64,000 bases of DNA from a virus. A program made the translations under genes and the position numbers. Below the pieces are notes generated by a model. The model was not told where the DNA came from and did not search any database. It worked only from the letters and a program-made list of their open reading frames with translations. Of this stretch, positions 19,005-29,501 are shown in pieces; position 1 is the stretch's first letter, and every line of letters begins with the position of its first letter. Location: the IMG/VR virus record IMGVR_UViG_3300035689_000007, positions 14,635 to 78,634 of that record. The stretch is one strand, 5' to 3'.

Positions 19005-22000
19005 TTATGCAATATTAACAATAAAATGGTTGGTTAATTGCGGTCCAGTAGTGTATTCTGGCTCATCGTGTAAAACAAACATAATATCATTATGTACGTG
19101 AAAATAAAGCTCATATTGACCCTTATATTTAGCGTCTGAATTTCCAGAAATTTGTAAACTGGTAGATTTTTTACTATATATACGGTCTTGACCCTCGCCG
19201 CTAGAACTGGTTAATCTTGTTCTATTTGATCTTGGTTTTGGTCCAGCATCCCATTCTAAGGCATCATAGCACAAACCTTCAGTAAATTTTATATATCTAG
19301 ATGGGCCACCATTCTTGGGCTTAATAATAAATTGTTTTCCAAGATTTTGTGGAAAATCAGATGGTAAAAATCCACTGCCCATATATGCATAAGTTAAGTT
19401 TTGAGTTACTACTGGATTATAAGAAATATCACCGCCAACCGGCATAGATCCTAAATGTTTAGTAATTAAATCTTGAATTCTATATAGTTTTACTATGAAT
19501 CTATTTGGATTAGCCGATTTATATTGTACTATTACTCCACCGGGTAGTTCAAATTCGTCATCTTCTGCAAAATTATCAGCCCAAGGATAAGTTTCATTAG
19601 GTATAGTGCTATCGGGCATAAGTGTCAATGTTGTCCATTTTACACCTATGACTCTTTTATGATAAAAATACCCATATTTTGTCACCAATTTGCCTCTACG
19701 ACTAATATCAATATTCCATAATGGTTCTGTTCTTAATATAGTACTATGATTAATAGTTGCTCCAGCAGGAACGGTAACACCATCATTTCCATATCCAGAT
19801 GCTGGCACAGTAGATAGAAATCTAAGATCTACTAAAGCTCCGGCACTAGTACTAGTAGCGTAGGCTGGAAATGAAGATAGAGTTTGATTTTGATTGGTAA
19901 AAGATTTCGTCTCACCATAAGTCGGAACTCTATAATCTACATCTGTTTTAGGTGGAAAGTAATAAATATCCTCTTGTGGTAAAGATTCCCATTCATCGCT
20001 GTATGGCCTCCTGACGGCGTTAGCGTAATTTGCAACTTTTATTTTTTCTGGACGCTCTACAGCCCTGTCATACGGACCATTAGATCCGGGAAACGTTGGA
20101 TTAAAATGTAAACATGTAAAATACTGAGGAATCCACACGGTTTGTTCTTCGGGCCAATAATCCCAAGCTTGAACGTGTATCGCCGCTGTACCAAACTGAT
20201 CAATATTATCATTCCCTCTAGTACCCCAAGTTGGGACTACGCCCTCTATTCTTCTTCCGCGATTATCTGTACTCCATCCTAAAAGCGCCCCAAGTATTGT
20301 AACTTCAATATTTCCACCACCTCCACCGCCGAACCATCTACCTTTCATTCCAAATTGTTCCGTTGTGTTAAATGTAGCAGTCCAAGAACCGCCACTTCCT
20401 TGGTTCATAATTAACCTTGCCGCCGTAATGCCAACACCGTTAGAGCCTCTATATGGAGTATATAAAGCTAAATCTCCACCCCACATAGTCAATGCCCCAA
20501 CTGGCGTATTTAAAGGTTCATATTGCACATATAAATCATATGGAAGACATGGCGATATGTTAGTTACTCCAGCCCCATTCAAAAAAGACCCTTCTCTATT
20601 GAGTAGACCCGCAGGTGGAGATGCAGAACGTCTTGCTAAAGTTTTTTGCGCTAAAATACTACCCTCTCCATAACGCTGAGTAGAACCTGACTGTTCTAAT
20701 ACTCTATTTAATATAGAAGCAGAAGATGTATTAAATGCCCTAATTACATCGCTTCTACTTACACTGCCATGTATTCTATCCGGCCACCAAGGCGCGTCGT
20801 AGTTAGCCACCGTATCGGAAGCACCAACTAATTCTGCACTCAATAAACTAAATTGTATTGTTAATGGATCGTTTGGTTGCACAAAACCAGAACCATATAC
20901 TGGATAATCAGATCTATAATTTGGATAGAATGGATAATTAACATTAGACATGTTTAGATGACCATAAGGCCAAAAACTTAGGTTAGCTTGTTCTTGATTG
21001 AATCTTCTTATTAATTCTACAGAATATTGCGCTAAATTATTTGGCATTGCCGCAAAAGCTGGAACTTCATTTTTATCTGTAAAATTACATTTCCATCTAT
21101 TATTAGGTCCAGAGCGTGGAGAGGTTAATCTATTTACCACATTTGTCATTCCTCCGGGGAACATTGGACCCCAAAATAAAGGATAATATATTTGATCAAA
21201 TTGTCCACCAGTTTGACCCTGCGGTGGAATTGTAACATTGATTTTATTGAAAAAGGTTAATAATTGCGATGGAGTAGTAACTTCACCATCGTCACCAACT
21301 TCTGCTTGTGTCTCTTGTATTAAATCAAAAACTTCCCAAGGATAATATGGAAATATAGTACCTTCTACCCAACTATTGTCATAATTATTACCCACCGGTT
21401 CATTGGACATAAATGTAGAATAGGCGTAATAATACTTTTTACGATATAGTTGTATGACTTCTTCTGGAGTAATTGATGGTCTAGCAATTAAAGGTGGTAA
21501 AACCATTGTTCTAAAATACTCATCAGAATCCGCATAAAACTGAGAAAAAATCCATCTTCCCGGCCTTGGTGGAAGTTGAACAATATTATCAGAAGTATAT
21601 TTGCCAATTATAAACTCACCATCTATTTTATGTACTGTAACTATTTCTCCGCGCTTGAAACTAATATTAGATCTGTTAACTACACGTATAGTTTCCACTT
21701 TAGATGATGTTTTACATTTAACAATATGTGGACCAAAGCAGTGTGGATTTTTATTATTCATTCCAACAGGAGCCGCCGTACCAGTTGTAAAAGAAGACAT
21801 TTTGTTTGGAGCATTACGTCCATAAAAATCAGAAGCGGTTCTACCTTGAATATTATTAGTGTCTAACGCTATATCAGAAATTTCTACGGGTTCAACATCT
21901 GTTAATAATTTAGCTAAAAACGTAGAAGAAGCTTCAAATTTTCCCGTATTTGGATTATAATTTAAGTCTAATTCTCCAGCAATGGCGTTTTTAGGATCAT

Positions 22001-22637
22001 GCAAAATATCTCCACCCTCAAACGTTCCGGTTTGTCCAGTTTTATTTGTTAGTGATGCAGAATACGGAGTACCAGCAACTGTTTTTGGAACTCCTACAAA
22101 GCCTATATCAGTTCTAAGACCTAGAGTATTATTGTTAGATTTTTTACTATCAGTTTTATTTTCTTGTAAGTAAATTTTTATTTTTTGACTTCTATCAGCA
22201 CTATTATCACCTTCTATATATCCATATTGACTATTATTAATTTCTTCTATAATTCTTTCTGTAGCCGCGTTCGAATCACTCTCTCTTGATTCTAAAGAAG
22301 TATTTTCTACATAAGTAATATATGAATCAATTTGTGAGGTAGTTAAAACATTAGGAACAAATTCAGATTGAACCTGTCTATAAAATGTCCAGTTTGATAC
22401 TCCGCTACCCCAAGGACCACTGCTACTTAAAAATGATAAGAACGAATTAGTATTATTCCATATATTTACATTTTGTGAGTTTAATGTGTTTTTGTGTGAT
22501 TGAGCAATTTTATTATTAGTATCTCTTAAAGCATCATAAGATTGTTTGGACAATTTATCAAATCCTGCCACATTTAACAATCTAGGTATTTCAGCCCAAT
22601 GTTTTGATGGTGGGTCATATATCCTATTTGAAGCCAT
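19005..22637 (-). CDS. large tail-tip/structural protein (unknown)
   Basis: 1210-aa ORF in post-TMP tail block, AAGGAG RBS. Confidence 0.6.
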   Translation of the reverse strand: MASNRIYDPPSKHWAEIPRLLNVAGFDKLSKQSYDALRDTNNKIAQSHKNTLNSQNVNIWNNTNSFLSFLSSSGPWGSGVSNWTFYRQVQSEFVPNVLTTSQIDSYITYVENTSLESRESDSNAATERIIEEINNSQYGYIEGDNSADRSQKIKIYLQENKTDSKKSNNNTLGLRTDIGFVGVPKTVAGTPYSASLTNKTGQTGTFEGGDILHDPKNAIAGELDLNYNPNTGKFEASSTFLAKLLTDVEPVEISDIALDTNNIQGRTASDFYGRNAPNKMSSFTTGTAAPVGMNNKNPHCFGPHIVKCKTSSKVETIRVVNRSNISFKRGEIVTVHKIDGEFIIGKYTSDNIVQLPPRPGRWIFSQFYADSDEYFRTMVLPPLIARPSITPEEVIQLYRKKYYYAYSTFMSNEPVGNNYDNSWVEGTIFPYYPWEVFDLIQETQAEVGDDGEVTTPSQLLTFFNKINVTIPPQGQTGGQFDQIYYPLFWGPMFPGGMTNVVNRLTSPRSGPNNRWKCNFTDKNEVPAFAAMPNNLAQYSVELIRRFNQEQANLSFWPYGHLNMSNVNYPFYPNYRSDYPVYGSGFVQPNDPLTIQFSLLSAELVGASDTVANYDAPWWPDRIHGSVSRSDVIRAFNTSSASILNRVLEQSGSTQRYGEGSILAQKTLARRSASPPAGLLNREGSFLNGAGVTNISPCLPYDLYVQYEPLNTPVGALTMWGGDLALYTPYRGSNGVGITAARLIMNQGSGGSWTATFNTTEQFGMKGRWFGGGGGGNIEVTILGALLGWSTDNRGRRIEGVVPTWGTRGNDNIDQFGTAAIHVQAWDYWPEEQTVWIPQYFTCLHFNPTFPGSNGPYDRAVERPEKIKVANYANAVRRPYSDEWESLPQEDIYYFPPKTDVDYRVPTYGETKSFTNQNQTLSSFPAYATSTSAGALVDLRFLSTVPASGYGNDGVTVPAGATINHSTILRTEPLWNIDISRRGKLVTKYGYFYHKRVIGVKWTTLTLMPDSTIPNETYPWADNFAEDDEFELPGGVIVQYKSANPNRFIVKLYRIQDLITKHLGSMPVGGDISYNPVVTQNLTYAYMGSGFLPSDFPQNLGKQFIIKPKNGGPSRYIKFTEGLCYDALEWDAGPKPRSNRTRLTSSSGEGQDRIYSKKSTSLQISGNSDAKYKGQYELYFHVHNDIMFVLHDEPEYTTGPQLTNHFIVNIA

Positions 22638-22653
22638 AACTTACTCCTTATTT

Positions 22654-25600
22654 TTATCCGTATTGAGTACCATTTGGTAGTTGTCCATTCTTTATGGTTG
22701 GTAAACCATCTCCTCCAGATCTACTATATGGATAAAATATATCAGTAATATTTGCTTGTCCAGTTGTAGATTCTGATACTCCAGCGTCCACGGGATTGCT
22801 AGCAAGAATACTTGCGGCATAAGCCATTTGATCATTTGACATCATACCGCCGTGTACATCTTGTTGAGAATTAGGGCTTTGATATGCTCCATTAGAATTT
22901 GGCGCACTTCCCGGAGAATTAGTTACAGATGCAGTTATCATGGTTCCTACCTGAGAATGTCCCTTTTCGTGAGAAGAATAAAATCTATTTGCAAAACTTT
23001 CAACACTTTGTAATTGATTGATCATCTTAGCAAATGTAACATTAGATTTTTGTCCCTTGCCCATATTTCTTCTAATTAAATCGTTTCTTTCATCTGTTAT
23101 TTTTTGTTTCAGCCTATTTAACTGTTTAATATTATCGGATCTTTGTTTTTGCATTTTACCAAATGACGCTGTATATATGTCCATAGAAACTGTTGTGCTA
23201 ATGCCATCAGAATCTACTTTGGTAGAAATATTAGTAACAAGTGGCCCTAAGTTTAATAAATAAGTTCCAAGTGTCCAACCAGATGGAGCGGTTGGAATTG
23301 TAAATCCACCCCTTTCATTCATTAGTGAAGCACTTGTGCCAAACTCAGCAAGTAATCTACCAGCCTTATCCATTAAATTATATCCACCATAATTCCAAGG
23401 TGCCAGAGATTCATCATGAATAAACTCCATTTTTCCACCAATTTGTTCAAAGTCAGTATAAGCAGATAGCCAAGGGCCATAACAACGTTCTACGGAGCGT
23501 AACGGTAAAGCTACTAAATCTGGATAAATTGGTGATGGTGAAATAATATTGACTCTATTTGTAAGATCGTATGTTAAACCTTGATATGCTTTTTTAATTG
23601 CTTCTTTTGCGGCAAATTGTATTCGTCTACCCCTTTCGCCACTTGGCATATACATATAGTCTATTGCTCTATATTCTCCACCAGTTGTTGGACCGGCGGA
23701 ATTTAATCCCGGCATACCACGAACGACATCTAATAATAGATAGTGTTTTAAGTTCATTGCGTTTATTTGCATATTCATACCATCTCTAAATCTTGTGGTC
23801 ATAGTAGGAACGGCACGTTCTGGCAAAGTTATTAATGCGTACACATGTTTTGGTTTTTCTTGTTCTACATAATCCCAACATTTAGATAAATCCATTTGTT
23901 CTAATTCTTGAAATTCAGGACTTTGTGTAACTATTGGATAAATATATAAGTATCTCATTCCATATGATTTTACTAATTTACAACCGTCTGCCTCCAATAC
24001 GTCTTTTGGTTCTGTGGTAATACGATGAAAGTTATATTGATTTCCGTGTAGTTGAGAACTAGCCATTATAATAGGAGGAGCAAAATAAAAATCTGGATCT
24101 AAGTCAACTTTAATGAACGCACAAGCATTAACTGGAGTAGTTGAGGTGCCACCTATATTTACAACATTTTGAAATGCTGGAGCGGTTTCATCTAGTTTAT
24201 CTGTTGGATTGTTAGAATTTTCCATTACATATGATAAATCTGGAATATAGGCGTTACGTATAGGGTCTATAAATTGTTGACTATATGAATCTTTAGAAAA
24301 AGAAGAAAGACTAATAATATGACTATGATCATATCTTATATATGGTTTTATTCTACCATTATCTGATTTTAAGAATTTATTATCTATTGGCTCTAATAAT
24401 AACGCACTAGGTTTTATACCGGTAGCAAAATAATACCAACCACCCTCTGGTTCTGGATAATAATTAAATGAGTATTCTTCATTTGCTCGATTAAAACCTA
24501 TTTTTAGCGCTCCAGCATAACCGGTTGGTTCTGATAATACTAATGCTTCTGGAGGATTCAACATATTTTCATTCATAAGTGGAGAAGTATCTATGATACT
24601 CGTAGGCATTGTCCACGTTGGAGAATTGGTAGGATCTCTTGGCATAAAACCAAATGGGCCAGAAACAATAAATTTTGTAGGTTCCCCAAGGGTATTAATT
24701 GTATTGGTTACGATATTTTCTGCGTTGTATCTTTTATTTACTCTTTGTGGAATTTTTACAAGAAATTTCTTTCCTAAACATTCGTCAGCAACCTTTTTAA
24801 TAAAGGCGTATATAGTTTTGACATTTTGTAAGCCCATCCTAGATACTTTATCAGCAACCGCTATAATAGAAGCCTGCGCCGTAGTTTGAATTGTAGCCCC
24901 CATGCTACTTTCATATGTGGGTTGATTTGGAGAATTAGAAGAATTAGTTCCATATACTTTTCTATTAGAATTTAAATTATTCAATTGTTTTTGCGCCCTA
25001 GCAGAAAATCCAGCAGATCCAGCCATTGGAACCCCGATATTTTTGGCTCTCTGCCAATATAGAGGCCACCCATACGGTGGACTACATGGATTTAATGGTA
25101 TGTCGGTTCCAGCAACAAAACCGTCTTCAGACGGGTGTGGTGGAGAAACGCACCTAGGAACAGTAATATCATATGTATTTGAAAGCTCTAAAATTTGACC
25201 ATTTCCCGGTAGAACTTGGGCATAGTACATATCTTGAATATCGCCACCTTCAACAGATTCGTAATATTTGTCATTATACATTAGTAAGAATTCTATCCAT
25301 CTTTCCATAGATATAGAAGCTGCTCTAAGTTCTAACTCTGTGGCGACGTAATATTTTCCAACACCGTCTGCTAATAACTCTCCAGCATCTAATGTAATTT
25401 GCTGATAAGAACCAAAGCCCCTTGGGATAGTAACAGTTTTTGGTGCAAGTGTTCCATAATAAGGTAGTATTTGTTGATTTAAACTATTGTTTATTTGATG
25501 CATACCAAACACCGGAGTAGGTGCTTGATATCTAGTAAAATAATACATTGCAACTTCATCTGCTCCAGTAACAAACTTATCTGTTGGCTCATTAGTTAAT

Positions 25601-26913
25601 TCATATCCAAAATCTTTAACAGTAACTGGATCTGGAATAGAATCTAAATATTCTCTAATTTTACCGGGTAGCGGAGGTATGCTCTTATTTATAGTAACTA
25701 CTTTTATGATTCCGGCGATCATATTTGTTGGAGTACCCGTATTTCTATTATTCCACTGCCACGTTACGCTACATGCTGAATGATTAATAACTGGAAGTAA
25801 AGTAATAAAAACTTCATGATTTGTAGCATCACATATTTCCATAATCAAATCTAATAAATTCAATTGATCATATCCTAAACGATAATGATATGGCAAGGTG
25901 GGTAAACCGCTTAAATCCACAACATATTTTAGCCCACGAAAATAAATATATCCACCATATCCGGCATTTACATATTCTTGTTTTTGACTGTCGCTTAGTG
26001 GATTATTAACAGTTAAACCCATCATATAGTTGACAGCTTGGGCAACTCTATAGTATGGTATACCGGCGTCTGTTCTCCTTGACATACCAGTGCCAGTTAT
26101 TGGAAAACCAGTATACAAAGATTTAATGTATATGTCTGCCTGTTGCGCCGCTCGATTAACAGCATTACTAGTTGGTAATCCCAAACTTCCATAATATACA
26201 TCAGTACCAGTTCCATCGGCTTGTAATTTTTTAGAGACTGAAGGGTTGTCAAATGATCTTTGTAAAGCATTGTCTAATACGTCATGCTCTAAAAATCCAT
26301 AAACATTAAGTAGGTTAGCATTGTTGGCTGTTGACCCAGCGTAATTATTAAGAATTAAAACACAGTTAGATAAAATTTCTCTTGGATCAGTAACAATAAC
26401 ATTATATAGTGTTCCTCCATCTGGACTTTGTGTTTGAGTATAGGCTTGTAATATACCACCAAATACAAAATGATAATATCCTTTATCGCCACCTGTAACG
26501 TTGCCAAAATTAGTACCGGGAGTCCAATCAAAACTGGGAACTATGGCATCATTTGTACCATAATAATCATCAAACGCTTTTTTGAAAGCTTCATCTACAG
26601 TAGCTCTTATTCTACCAAAATTAAAAAACACTGGAGTACCAACTGGTGGAGGTCTAAATCTATCTCCCGGAATCGCTCCATCTTCTCCAACTCCGTCGTG
26701 ATATACATCGTGTCCTTGGCCTATAGGTGTTTGGTCTGAAATATTAAAAGAATCAACAGCTAAATCTACAGAAAGTTGTGAAGAAGTGTCTCCAAATCCA
26801 GCAGTAACATTAAAACCGGCAATAGAACAGCCCAAAAAAGTTTGCTGTTGCATAATGTAGGGACTTGGAAAACTAGACCCAACCGATCTACTTGTTGAAT
26901 GTGCTGTAGCCAT
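22654..26913 (-). CDS. large tail-tip/hub-like structural protein
   Basis: ~1419 aa. N-terminal TFLGCSI..FNVTAGFG..SSQLSVDL and C-terminal VTNISTKVDSDGISTTVS resemble hub/Tal-type beta-barrel elements. ATG at 26913 follows upstream stop. Confidence 0.55.
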   Translation of the reverse strand: MATAHSTSRSVGSSFPSPYIMQQQTFLGCSIAGFNVTAGFGDTSSQLSVDLAVDSFNISDQTPIGQGHDVYHDGVGEDGAIPGDRFRPPPVGTPVFFNFGRIRATVDEAFKKAFDDYYGTNDAIVPSFDWTPGTNFGNVTGGDKGYYHFVFGGILQAYTQTQSPDGGTLYNVIVTDPREILSNCVLILNNYAGSTANNANLLNVYGFLEHDVLDNALQRSFDNPSVSKKLQADGTGTDVYYGSLGLPTSNAVNRAAQQADIYIKSLYTGFPITGTGMSRRTDAGIPYYRVAQAVNYMMGLTVNNPLSDSQKQEYVNAGYGGYIYFRGLKYVVDLSGLPTLPYHYRLGYDQLNLLDLIMEICDATNHEVFITLLPVINHSACSVTWQWNNRNTGTPTNMIAGIIKVVTINKSIPPLPGKIREYLDSIPDPVTVKDFGYELTNEPTDKFVTGADEVAMYYFTRYQAPTPVFGMHQINNSLNQQILPYYGTLAPKTVTIPRGFGSYQQITLDAGELLADGVGKYYVATELELRAASISMERWIEFLLMYNDKYYESVEGGDIQDMYYAQVLPGNGQILELSNTYDITVPRCVSPPHPSEDGFVAGTDIPLNPCSPPYGWPLYWQRAKNIGVPMAGSAGFSARAQKQLNNLNSNRKVYGTNSSNSPNQPTYESSMGATIQTTAQASIIAVADKVSRMGLQNVKTIYAFIKKVADECLGKKFLVKIPQRVNKRYNAENIVTNTINTLGEPTKFIVSGPFGFMPRDPTNSPTWTMPTSIIDTSPLMNENMLNPPEALVLSEPTGYAGALKIGFNRANEEYSFNYYPEPEGGWYYFATGIKPSALLLEPIDNKFLKSDNGRIKPYIRYDHSHIISLSSFSKDSYSQQFIDPIRNAYIPDLSYVMENSNNPTDKLDETAPAFQNVVNIGGTSTTPVNACAFIKVDLDPDFYFAPPIIMASSQLHGNQYNFHRITTEPKDVLEADGCKLVKSYGMRYLYIYPIVTQSPEFQELEQMDLSKCWDYVEQEKPKHVYALITLPERAVPTMTTRFRDGMNMQINAMNLKHYLLLDVVRGMPGLNSAGPTTGGEYRAIDYMYMPSGERGRRIQFAAKEAIKKAYQGLTYDLTNRVNIISPSPIYPDLVALPLRSVERCYGPWLSAYTDFEQIGGKMEFIHDESLAPWNYGGYNLMDKAGRLLAEFGTSASLMNERGGFTIPTAPSGWTLGTYLLNLGPLVTNISTKVDSDGISTTVSMDIYTASFGKMQKQRSDNIKQLNRLKQKITDERNDLIRRNMGKGQKSNVTFAKMINQLQSVESFANRFYSSHEKGHSQVGTMITASVTNSPGSAPNSNGAYQSPNSQQDVHGGMMSNDQMAYAASILASNPVDAGVSESTTGQANITDIFYPYSRSGGDGLPTIKNGQLPNGTQYG

Positions 26914-26915
26914 AG

Positions 26916-27770
26916 TTATGTCACCGTGGGCCAATAAAATGGATTGTTAAAAAAAGAATTAATCCAAGTTCCATCATTAGTAAAATCTACCAGCGTTGCA
27001 TTGGAATATGGGCTATATGTTGTAATACGTGTAGCATCTATATTTCTATTTCTTCGTTGTATAGGACTATCTGGTGTAACTATAAATGGAGTTAAGTTTC
27101 CTCTAACTATTATTTCGCCACTACGTCTATTTGGTGTAAAACTAAAGTTTACTAGATTATAGTGTACATAATTAAAAAATTCCAAGTCATCGTAAGAAAA
27201 ATATTCTTGTGAAGAAGAGAGTGGGTTTTTACTGCTACTACCATAAATAGTATCTGGATTATTAATATTTGTTAATCTAGGATATGTATTAACACCTTGT
27301 GTAACATTAAATTGTGGTTTTAATATAGAAACTGGTTGGTTTGATGCTAATGTTGTTGATATATATCTATTTGTACCAACTATTTGATCTATAGATAATA
27401 TAGTGCCAAGAAAAGCAACAGAAAGAAAACCTTTCCTCCATGTAGCGCCGGTGGAAAAATCAACGAATTCATCGTCTAACGACTCAAGAGATTGTGGGTA
27501 GTGAGTCCAAGGATCTTGATATTTAAATCTGTCATGAAATTCTGTTTTAACTTCATCTTCGTATTGTTCTTGAAGTTTATCAAACTCTTCTCCAAGCGCA
27601 TTAGATAATGCGGGGGTATATGGTCTATATTGTCTGCGGGTATTTTCAAATGATAAACTCTTAAAAAGAGCAGAAATTAATCCATCTAGAAAATATTCTT
27701 TGTTAGAATTATTTATATCTGAATAATCTGGAAATGTATTATGTTGATCTGAGTTTGTTGGATATGGCAT
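26916..27770 (-). CDS. hypothetical structural-module protein
   Basis: 284-aa ORF tightly coupled in tail operon. Confidence 0.55.
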   Translation of the reverse strand: MPYPTNSDQHNTFPDYSDINNSNKEYFLDGLISALFKSLSFENTRRQYRPYTPALSNALGEEFDKLQEQYEDEVKTEFHDRFKYQDPWTHYPQSLESLDDEFVDFSTGATWRKGFLSVAFLGTILSIDQIVGTNRYISTTLASNQPVSILKPQFNVTQGVNTYPRLTNINNPDTIYGSSSKNPLSSSQEYFSYDDLEFFNYVHYNLVNFSFTPNRRSGEIIVRGNLTPFIVTPDSPIQRRNRNIDATRITTYSPYSNATLVDFTNDGTWINSFFNNPFYWPTVT

Positions 27771-27772
27771 AA

Positions 27773-29500
27773 TTATTCACTAAGTTCATATGTCCAAGAA
27801 AGATTTAAAGTATATCTACCCTCTGTTGCATTCCAAGTTTCTGATGGCGCATTTTGAAAATATCTTCTAATGCCCGGTTCGTTTGCCGGGCTATATATAC
27901 CTATTAATCTATCTAGCTCTCCTCTAAATGGTTCTAAAAGACTTGGTTTAGAATATAACAAGTTTCTTCTCAAAACGGGATTTTCTAAATTACTAGCTCT
28001 ACCATATCCTATCCAAGTTTGATCTAATATAACCTCAATAGATAAATCTCGTTTAAATTCAGTTCTACCATAAGTATATTGCAATACCGGGCCGGTTGGT
28101 CTGCCCAATATTGGTATAACAGCAAAAACATCTCCGGGATAAGTATCGGTAACTTCGATTTTTTCTGACATAACTTTAGAAAAGAAATTTGTGGGCCTAG
28201 AATCAAACTCAAGATTATATGTAATTTCACCATTTATTGGATTAGTACCTATAGCTACTGATAGTGGTTGACTATTTAAAGTTAATCCAGTAAGAGCATT
28301 ACATCGTTTGTATATAGAAGATAAATTACCAAATTGACCATTGCTAGTTAATTTTTGATAAGCAATTTTAGCCCTTTCAGCTTCTCCGCCCTCCATAGAG
28401 GATAGAGTAGTTCTATTTGTAGTATCAAAAATTCCAGAAGCGTACTCTTCTGGTATCCACTCTGATAATCCTTTAATTGTACCATCGATAGAGATTTTAT
28501 GATATGGAGAATCTTGACCATTTGTGATATTGTGACTAAATGTTTCAATGGCCTTAGATCCAGTTGGAGCAATAATAAACGTATCTGTAATACTATAAGA
28601 ACCTTCAGACACGTTTTCTTGTTCAGATCTTTCCCAATTATATAGTTGTAATTGATCACTTCCTGCATTGTCAACATTGCGCGTATCGCTAAAAATTTTA
28701 TTACGTATTGCTAAACGTAGAGCGAGTGGATCTGTGTCTGAAATATAATGATAAAGAAAACTTTTAGCTAAAATACAAGATTTTACTCCCGGTATATCTT
28801 GTCCAAGCATTAGTCCAGTTTGTGGTCCATCTCTGCCTATTATGCCGCTATACACCGCATCATAAATAATTGGTTTACCAGTTGCCTGCAATGTCCTAGT
28901 ATATTTGAAATATCTATTAGTAATTGGATAATGTTGTGCGTCTGATCCGTCATGATAACAATATCCATATTCACCAGTTATCGGCTCTATAGATATATCC
29001 TCACTTAGGCTACTTATAACAACTGGGTTGTTAAGCTCTGGAAATTCTTCTATATTACTGCAATTTATTCCTGGAGTAGAATAGCTTCCTTCCCACTTAT
29101 CATAAGCTTTAAAGGTAGCGGTGAATTTACAATATTGCCAATATGTTCCTTCCTCAAAATCTAAAGTTTGTAATATTGGAAAATATGTGGCTTTACAAGC
29201 GCCATTAACATCGTTTAATTCTAATCTAAGTTTTTTATCGGTAAAATATTCTCGTAATCTTTCTTGCCCCTCAAATGCTGCGCCGACTCTAGTACCACCC
29301 GGAGTAGATTGTGGTGGAGGATTAAAAGTACCTTGAGCAGAACCAGAAGTCATAATATAACCATTTAATGTTATATCATATTCTTCTCCATAAGACCTTT
29401 GATGATCTCTAAGGTGATTAACAGAAATAGATACAAAAGGCGTTGGATCTAAGAATATTCGTCCACCTTCGGTATAAATATATAGCGCATTTGTAGCCAT
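27773..29500 (-). CDS. probable distal-tail/tail-tip protein
   Basis: 575 aa; recurring G-x-(Y/I)-(S/T)-h strand motifs (GSYSITDTF, GEITYNLEF, GRYTLNLSW); position after TMP and giant protein. Confidence 0.45.
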   Translation of the reverse strand: MATNALYIYTEGGRIFLDPTPFVSISVNHLRDHQRSYGEEYDITLNGYIMTSGSAQGTFNPPPQSTPGGTRVGAAFEGQERLREYFTDKKLRLELNDVNGACKATYFPILQTLDFEEGTYWQYCKFTATFKAYDKWEGSYSTPGINCSNIEEFPELNNPVVISSLSEDISIEPITGEYGYCYHDGSDAQHYPITNRYFKYTRTLQATGKPIIYDAVYSGIIGRDGPQTGLMLGQDIPGVKSCILAKSFLYHYISDTDPLALRLAIRNKIFSDTRNVDNAGSDQLQLYNWERSEQENVSEGSYSITDTFIIAPTGSKAIETFSHNITNGQDSPYHKISIDGTIKGLSEWIPEEYASGIFDTTNRTTLSSMEGGEAERAKIAYQKLTSNGQFGNLSSIYKRCNALTGLTLNSQPLSVAIGTNPINGEITYNLEFDSRPTNFFSKVMSEKIEVTDTYPGDVFAVIPILGRPTGPVLQYTYGRTEFKRDLSIEVILDQTWIGYGRASNLENPVLRRNLLYSKPSLLEPFRGELDRLIGIYSPANEPGIRRYFQNAPSETWNATEGRYTLNLSWTYELSE

Positions 29501-29501
29501 T